NCBI GenBank assembly: GCA_964016885.1 | Contig: OZ024740.1 | Span: 86,800,001 to 86,864,000, forward strand | Reading direction: 5' to 3' | DNA length: 64,000 nt | Source: Eledone cirrhosa | Lineage: Eukaryota | In this document: positions 58,518-64,000 of the stretch, one piece after another | How the letters are laid out: every line of letters starts with the position of its first letter | How positions within the stretch are numbered: position 1 is the first letter of the stretch | Position numbers and translations under genes: made by a program | The notes under the pieces: model-generated | What the model was told of the DNA's origin: nothing | Database searches by the model: none | Seen by the model: the letters and a program-made list of their open reading frames with translations, nothing else

Positions 58518-59195
58518 TGTTTTAATATCAGTATATCATCATCATCATTTCCTTTTACGTCCGCTTTTCGCTGCTTGCAAGGGTGGGACGGGAACTGATT
58601 CTGGCTTGATTTCTACAGCTGGATGCCCTTCCTAATACCAACCTCATTTACAGTGAGTGCTGGGTGCTTTTTGCCGTGGCACCTCCACGACCACTTTGCA
58701 GTGGAACAATAGGGACCCCAGTCCCTATCATCTCATTTCTACAGCTGAGTAAACTGGAGCAATGTGAAATAAAGTGTCTTGCTCAAGGAAACAACACATC
58801 ACCGGGTCTGAGAATTGAACTCACAACCTTTCGATTGCAAGGCCAATGCTCTAACCCCTAAACCATGTGTCTCCATATATGTGAAAGAATATTCAATGAG
58901 AGCATGATGTACAAGCACTACATGTGAGAACATACTGTAAAAACATCATGTGAACGTGTTTCATACAATTATCTTGCCAACTGTAACATTAGAGCGAGCA
59001 TTACTGAGAGTTTTGCCCTGTCATAACTGCTGACAGCTGAAGTACCACAAGGGGGATTTTCTGATAAATCAAAACAAGAATAATAACAATAATAAAAATA
59101 TCATAATAAAACACATTACATATATGTTTACTACATGTAGATAAATACTTTGAAGTCAGCAACAACTTTAAAAAAGAAACACATATATATGCATG

Positions 59196-59303
<108 letters not shown>

Positions 59304-60089
59304 CATACATCATCGTTTAACGTCCATCTTCCACGCTAGCATAGGTTAGACGGGAGTTGTCCCACTTGAGGCAAGGTTGGTCGGGTGACCGTGTCTCGCT
59401 CATATAGGACTATCTGGCAGGTTTTCTACGGCTGGATGCCCTTTCTAACACCAACTTCATTTACAGTGTGGAACTGGGAACTTTTTACTGTGTTACCTAC
59501 CAGGCCACATTACAGCGTGGACTGTGTTTTATTTGTCGTGACACCTACACGATCTCGATCTCATTATCTCATTTATTTGGACTGAATGTTGTGGTACCAA
59601 CGTTACAGAGAGAGGGTGGTGTTGTGGGAGTGGGATGATAGGGTAGGGGTAGTGGATTAGGGTGTATATTTGTTTAAGAAGTACCTACTGAATGTAGGTT
59701 TCGCTTTGTACATAGGCAAGGCGAGTCTTCTGTATTACTGCGTAGCGCCAAAGATCTAGGTCCAGTGACATTGTATTAGAGAGGTGCAAGTGTGTAAGGT
59801 CGGAATTTATCAGATCGTCCCAGGTTTTCTGGGTCTACCTACTCCGTAACTTCCATCAATTTTGATCGCCCTGCACTTTTTTATGCAGCTGTCGTCTTTC
59901 ATGCGCATCACGTGACTATACCAACGTAGTTTTCTCTCAAGTAAACAGCATCTGATCCCTCTTATTCCTAATTTCTCACTTATATTACTATTACACATCC
60001 AACAGAGCATGCATGCTTCATTCCTCTCCAGTCTGCACAGGTCCTCTGCACAGGTCCTCTGCACACAATGCCCCTGTCTCACTGCCATG

Positions 60090-61088
60090 TCACATTGCTG
60101 TTCGTATACAGGCATCATACAATCTGCCTTTCATTTTTAGAGAGAAACCTTTCGTGGCCAACAGCGATATAAGCTCTCTGAACTTTTTCCACCCCGTTCT
60201 GACTCTGGCTACTGTACTTTCAGAACACCCTCCACCACTGCTGATTTTGTCACCCAGGTAACGGAAAGTGTCTACTATTTCTATAGAACCATCTGGGCAA
60301 TAGAAGGAGCTAGTATCCTGTGGACACTTGCTACTTATTGCACCTGAGCATCGGCCACATATAAAGTCAACGTTCTTAGATAGTTTACCTGTGATCCCAC
60401 TACATCTTTTATGTACCCATACTTTGCATTTGGGACATAAAATGGAATTTCTGCCTCCACCTTTCCTACACACTGAGCATGGCCATTTCCCTGAGGGCAC
60501 CTGTGCCCTATTTTCCTTTCTACAAACTAGAACTTTAGTCTTAGACAAGTTAACTTTAAGGCCTTTTGATTCTAGGCCATGCTTACATGTTTCGAATTTC
60601 TTCTCTAGTTCAGCCATTGATTCAGCTATGAGCGTTAGATCATCTGCATATAGGAGTTCCCATGGGCAGCCGGTCTTGAACTCCTCTTTTATAGCCTGAA
60701 GGGCAATAATAAATAGGAGGGGGATAAGGACAGAGCCTTGATGAACGCCAACTTTTACACTAAATTCTTCACAATATCCATTGTTAATTCTAACCTTACT
60801 GACTGTTTCATTATACATAGCTTGTATAGCTCTCACAAGCCATTCATCTACACCTAGTTTTCTAAGAGCCCACCAGATAATGGAGCGGGAGACTCTGTCA
60901 AAGGCTTTCTCCAGGTCTACAAAAGCTAAGTATAGGGGTTTACTTTTAGCTAGGTACTTCTCTTGTAGTTGTCGTACAAGGAAAAGAGCGTCTGTGGTAC
61001 TTTTACCTGGCACAAACCCAAACTGCATTTCATCTAGATCAATTCGCTCTCTGATGAGTTTCGCTATAACTCTTTCTGTGACCTTCAT
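60090..61088 (-). pseudogene. LINE reverse transcriptase fragment
   Basis: 332-aa ORF with YADD and a Cys/His cluster. Confidence 0.9.
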
Positions 61089-61403
61089 GACCTGGTCAAC
61101 TAACTTAATGCCTCTATAGTTTCCCCTATCTAGAGCATCCCTTTACCCTTGTAGCAGTTAATGATGATGCTGCTACGCCAGTCTTTCGGTATGACCCCAT
61201 TCTGTATTACTTGGTTAACTATACGGGTGACCATAGTGTGTCCCACCATACCAGATGCCTTCAACATCTCAGCAACTATCTCCGAAGACCCAGCTGCCTT
61301 GCCTGTCTTCATATCTTTGATTGCCTTACTTATTATACTACCTTTAACTTGCACCGCTGGTCCTTCTATTGGATCGATTTGGGGCAGACTATCTTTTTTC
61401 CAT

Positions 61404-62489
61404 TTATTCTCCTATCTTCTTATTAGTATCAGTGAGCGCAAGTACACCTTTATCATTACGGATACACTTCTCCCCGACAATATCACGGTTTTCCTTGACA
61501 CATTGTCTAGCAATCCTGAACACCTCACGTTTTTGGTCCTCACGTTGTAGAACAAGCTTGAACTTTCTATCCTCTGCTACCCTTTTTGCAAGGTACACTT
61601 GTCTCCTAGCTTCTCTCCTGGCCACTTGAGAGTGCTCTCTACTTCCCCCATCCTGCCATACTTTCCAAGCCTGCTTTTTGGCCTTGATTGTCTCTTCCAT
61701 CTTACTGTTCCACCACCAAGTTACTCTCCTCCTGCCAATAGGTCTGCTCCAGCCACAGATTTCATCCGTTGCTTTCAGCAGGTTCACTTTCAAAAATTGC
61801 CACTGTTCATCTATATCGCACGTCTCTAATTTCTCTTCCTTATTGTCAAAGGCATCAAGTAATAAGCTTTTAAATTTGTCACTGGCTATGGGGTCCTTCA
61901 ACTTCCATATTCTTCTCTTCAAGGTAGGCCTCCTCTTTCGTCGAGTACGTCTATTCCTGACTATGAGGTCACTAACTACTAGGCTATGTTGGGAGGTGCA
62001 TTCTTCACGGGGAAGGGATTTAGTGTTTACAACAGACACTTTGCCCCGTCTTCCAGTAAGGATATAATCTATCTGGCTGGCGTGTTCCCCTGATCTGTAG
62101 GTGATCAAGTGGTTTTCACGTTTTTTGAAGCTTGTGTTACAGATAGTTAGGCTATTTGCGTCACAGAATTCCAGGATTCTGAAGCCCTCCTCATTTCTAT
62201 TTCCAACCCCATAGCCTCCATGGATTCCATCATAGCCATCACTAAGTTGTCCAACGTGATCGTTTAGATCGCCAGCAATAATTAAGTAGTCGCTGTCGGT
62301 TATTTGGGAGGTATTGTGCATTAGCATCTCATAGAACCTGTCCTTTATAACATCAGGTAGACCAGATTGGGGTGCATAAGCGGATATTATTGTCACAGTA
62401 GTTCTATTTAGAACTAGTCTTAATTTAATTATTCTGTCATTCACTCTATTTACGTCAATTACCTTATCTACCCATTTTTCAGCTAACAT
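61404..62489 (-). pseudogene. LINE apurinic endonuclease fragment
   Basis: 361-aa ORF with APE motifs. Confidence 0.9.
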
Positions 62490-63549
62490 AATTCCTACAC
62501 CACCCTATCCGTTGTCATCTCCCACCCAGAAAAGTTTATAGCATCGTTTTTTACCCACGATGAATCTGGCAGACCCCCCTCTCCACCTAGTCTCTTGAAT
62601 ACAACAAACATCAACTTATTTACGTTCAAGCATCTCTACAACCTCATTTGAGCAACCTTTCAATGTTCCTACGTTCATGGTACCAACTCTGAAGTTGGGA
62701 GGGTGGGACCTACGTTCATGGTACCAACTCTGAAGTTGGGAGGGTGGGATGGATGGGTTGGATGGGCAGGGAGGGGTGTGGGAGACGGAATTGTGTTGGT
62801 CATCCGTATCTGAAATAAAGAGGGGTCCTTGTATTCTCGTCTGGCAGCGGGAAGTGAATTTATCTTTATCTGTGACATTGTCATTGAGTGCTTATACTTT
62901 CCAAATTTCAGCAGTCAACCCATCAAACAGGTCTAAACTTAAGGAGTAGTAACCGGGGTGGTAGCTTTGCTATACTGATTTGTTAGAGAACTTACTAAAG
63001 CCGCTGAGTTATGATTGGACCATATAGCAATGGTGGGGGGTGGGGGGTAACTTTAGGAGAAGGTTAGTTTTTAGGAAGGGTCCAACAGATTGAGACATAT
63101 TATTAAAAACATGTAAAATAATAATTGAAAATCCGGGAGGAAAACGGAGAATTTGAATTTTAGACTGGCATAAATAGGAGTTTAAAACACTGCTTATTGA
63201 GAAGAATACTGATAAAAGAAAAGACAAATATTGCTTACATTCTCAAAATCGACAGATCGCCCGTAAGGTAGATTATATAGATAAATTCTGTCCTTGGGAA
63301 CCAGCAAGATTTATTTTATACTTGCGATCAGGCGGAGGGGTGGTATGAGAGAAGGAGAAAAGTGTTTACAAAGTTTGCGAGCGAGATGCAGGAAGGTTCA
63401 TATATATATTTTTTCCTCCGCCTCTATCTTTACACTCGGCCCTTGAAAAAATTGATTCCACTTCATTTACTCTCATCTCGGGAACAATTTTGAATAGCGC
63501 CAGTTCGTAATTTGAATTCGGGAATTTTATATTCTTCGAATGAAAAGAT

Positions 63550-63631
63550 CCTTCTGACGAGAGTTTTTCTTTGCAACGGATGCCGTATGGACTCCGTTTA
63601 TTTTTGAGACTCGAAACCGATTCGGTAAAGG
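63550..63631 (+). ncRNA. Type I hammerhead ribozyme, long stem II
   Basis: CCTT-CTGACGA-GAGTTTT..(AACGGA/TCCGTT)..GAGACTC-GAAA-CCGATTCGG-TA-AAGG. Confidence 0.88.
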
Positions 63632-63700
63632 TAACGATAGTAAGTAAAGTTAATTTTTTTTTATTTATTTTGAAACTTTTTCTTATTTGCTAAACCTTGA

Positions 63701-63749
<49 letters not shown>

Positions 63750-63810
63750 TATGCATACGTAAATGCATATACATATACATATGTACGTATGGGTTACATC
63801 GAACATTAAT

Positions 63811-63996
63811 AATTGGTTCTACTTTTGGCACAAGGCCAGCAATTACCCAGTGTATTACTGGTACTTTATTTTATCGACCCCATAAGGATGAAAGGCAAAG
63901 TTAACCTCGGCGGGATTTGAACTCAGAATGGAAAGGGCCGTAACTCTTTGCGTCAAAGCATGGCGTCCGACCCTCTACCGATACTGCCAATCCACC
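63811..63996 (-). mobile_element. tRNA-derived SINE
   Basis: Same family as 34488. Confidence 0.88.
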
Positions 63997-64000
63997 ATAA

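Larger units (their letters stand above)
59308..62780 (-). mobile_element. Near full-length degenerate RTE-type LINE (APE plus RT plus PHD-like finger)
   Basis: GTMNVG, CIQETRW, SAYAPQ, GDLN, SQIDY; QFGF, DLEKAFD, GVHQGS, YADD; several stops and frameshifts; 41-bp tandem duplication 62668-62749. Confidence 0.93.

Overview
AT-rich animal genomic DNA with no recognisable host gene. The SINE families and the (TA)n load suggest an octopod cephalopod, but this is an inference. Most ORFs in the supplied track are (TA)n/(CA)n microsatellite artefacts. The window is a nest of retroelements. It holds one near-intact Penelope-like element (PLE; RT plus C-terminal GIY-YIG, 37.8-42.2 kb), many 5'-truncated or fold-back PLE ends (two Naiad-like families), two RTE-type LINE families, tRNA-derived SINEs and a possible Helitron remnant. 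About 8.6-22.0 kb is repeated at 22.2-32.7 kb across a 200-N gap and may be the two haplotypes. The main finding, from reading both strands by eye, is about 40 type I hammerhead ribozyme (HHR) motifs in 14 sequence types. These include three ORF-less tandem arrays with one HHR per monomer (about 490 bp x7, 615 bp x2.2, 591 bp x~1.8), which fit retrozyme-like RNAs. They also include fixed non-canonical cores: U3-A8 in two unrelated families and U4A in one. All folds are manual predictions and ribozyme activity is untested.
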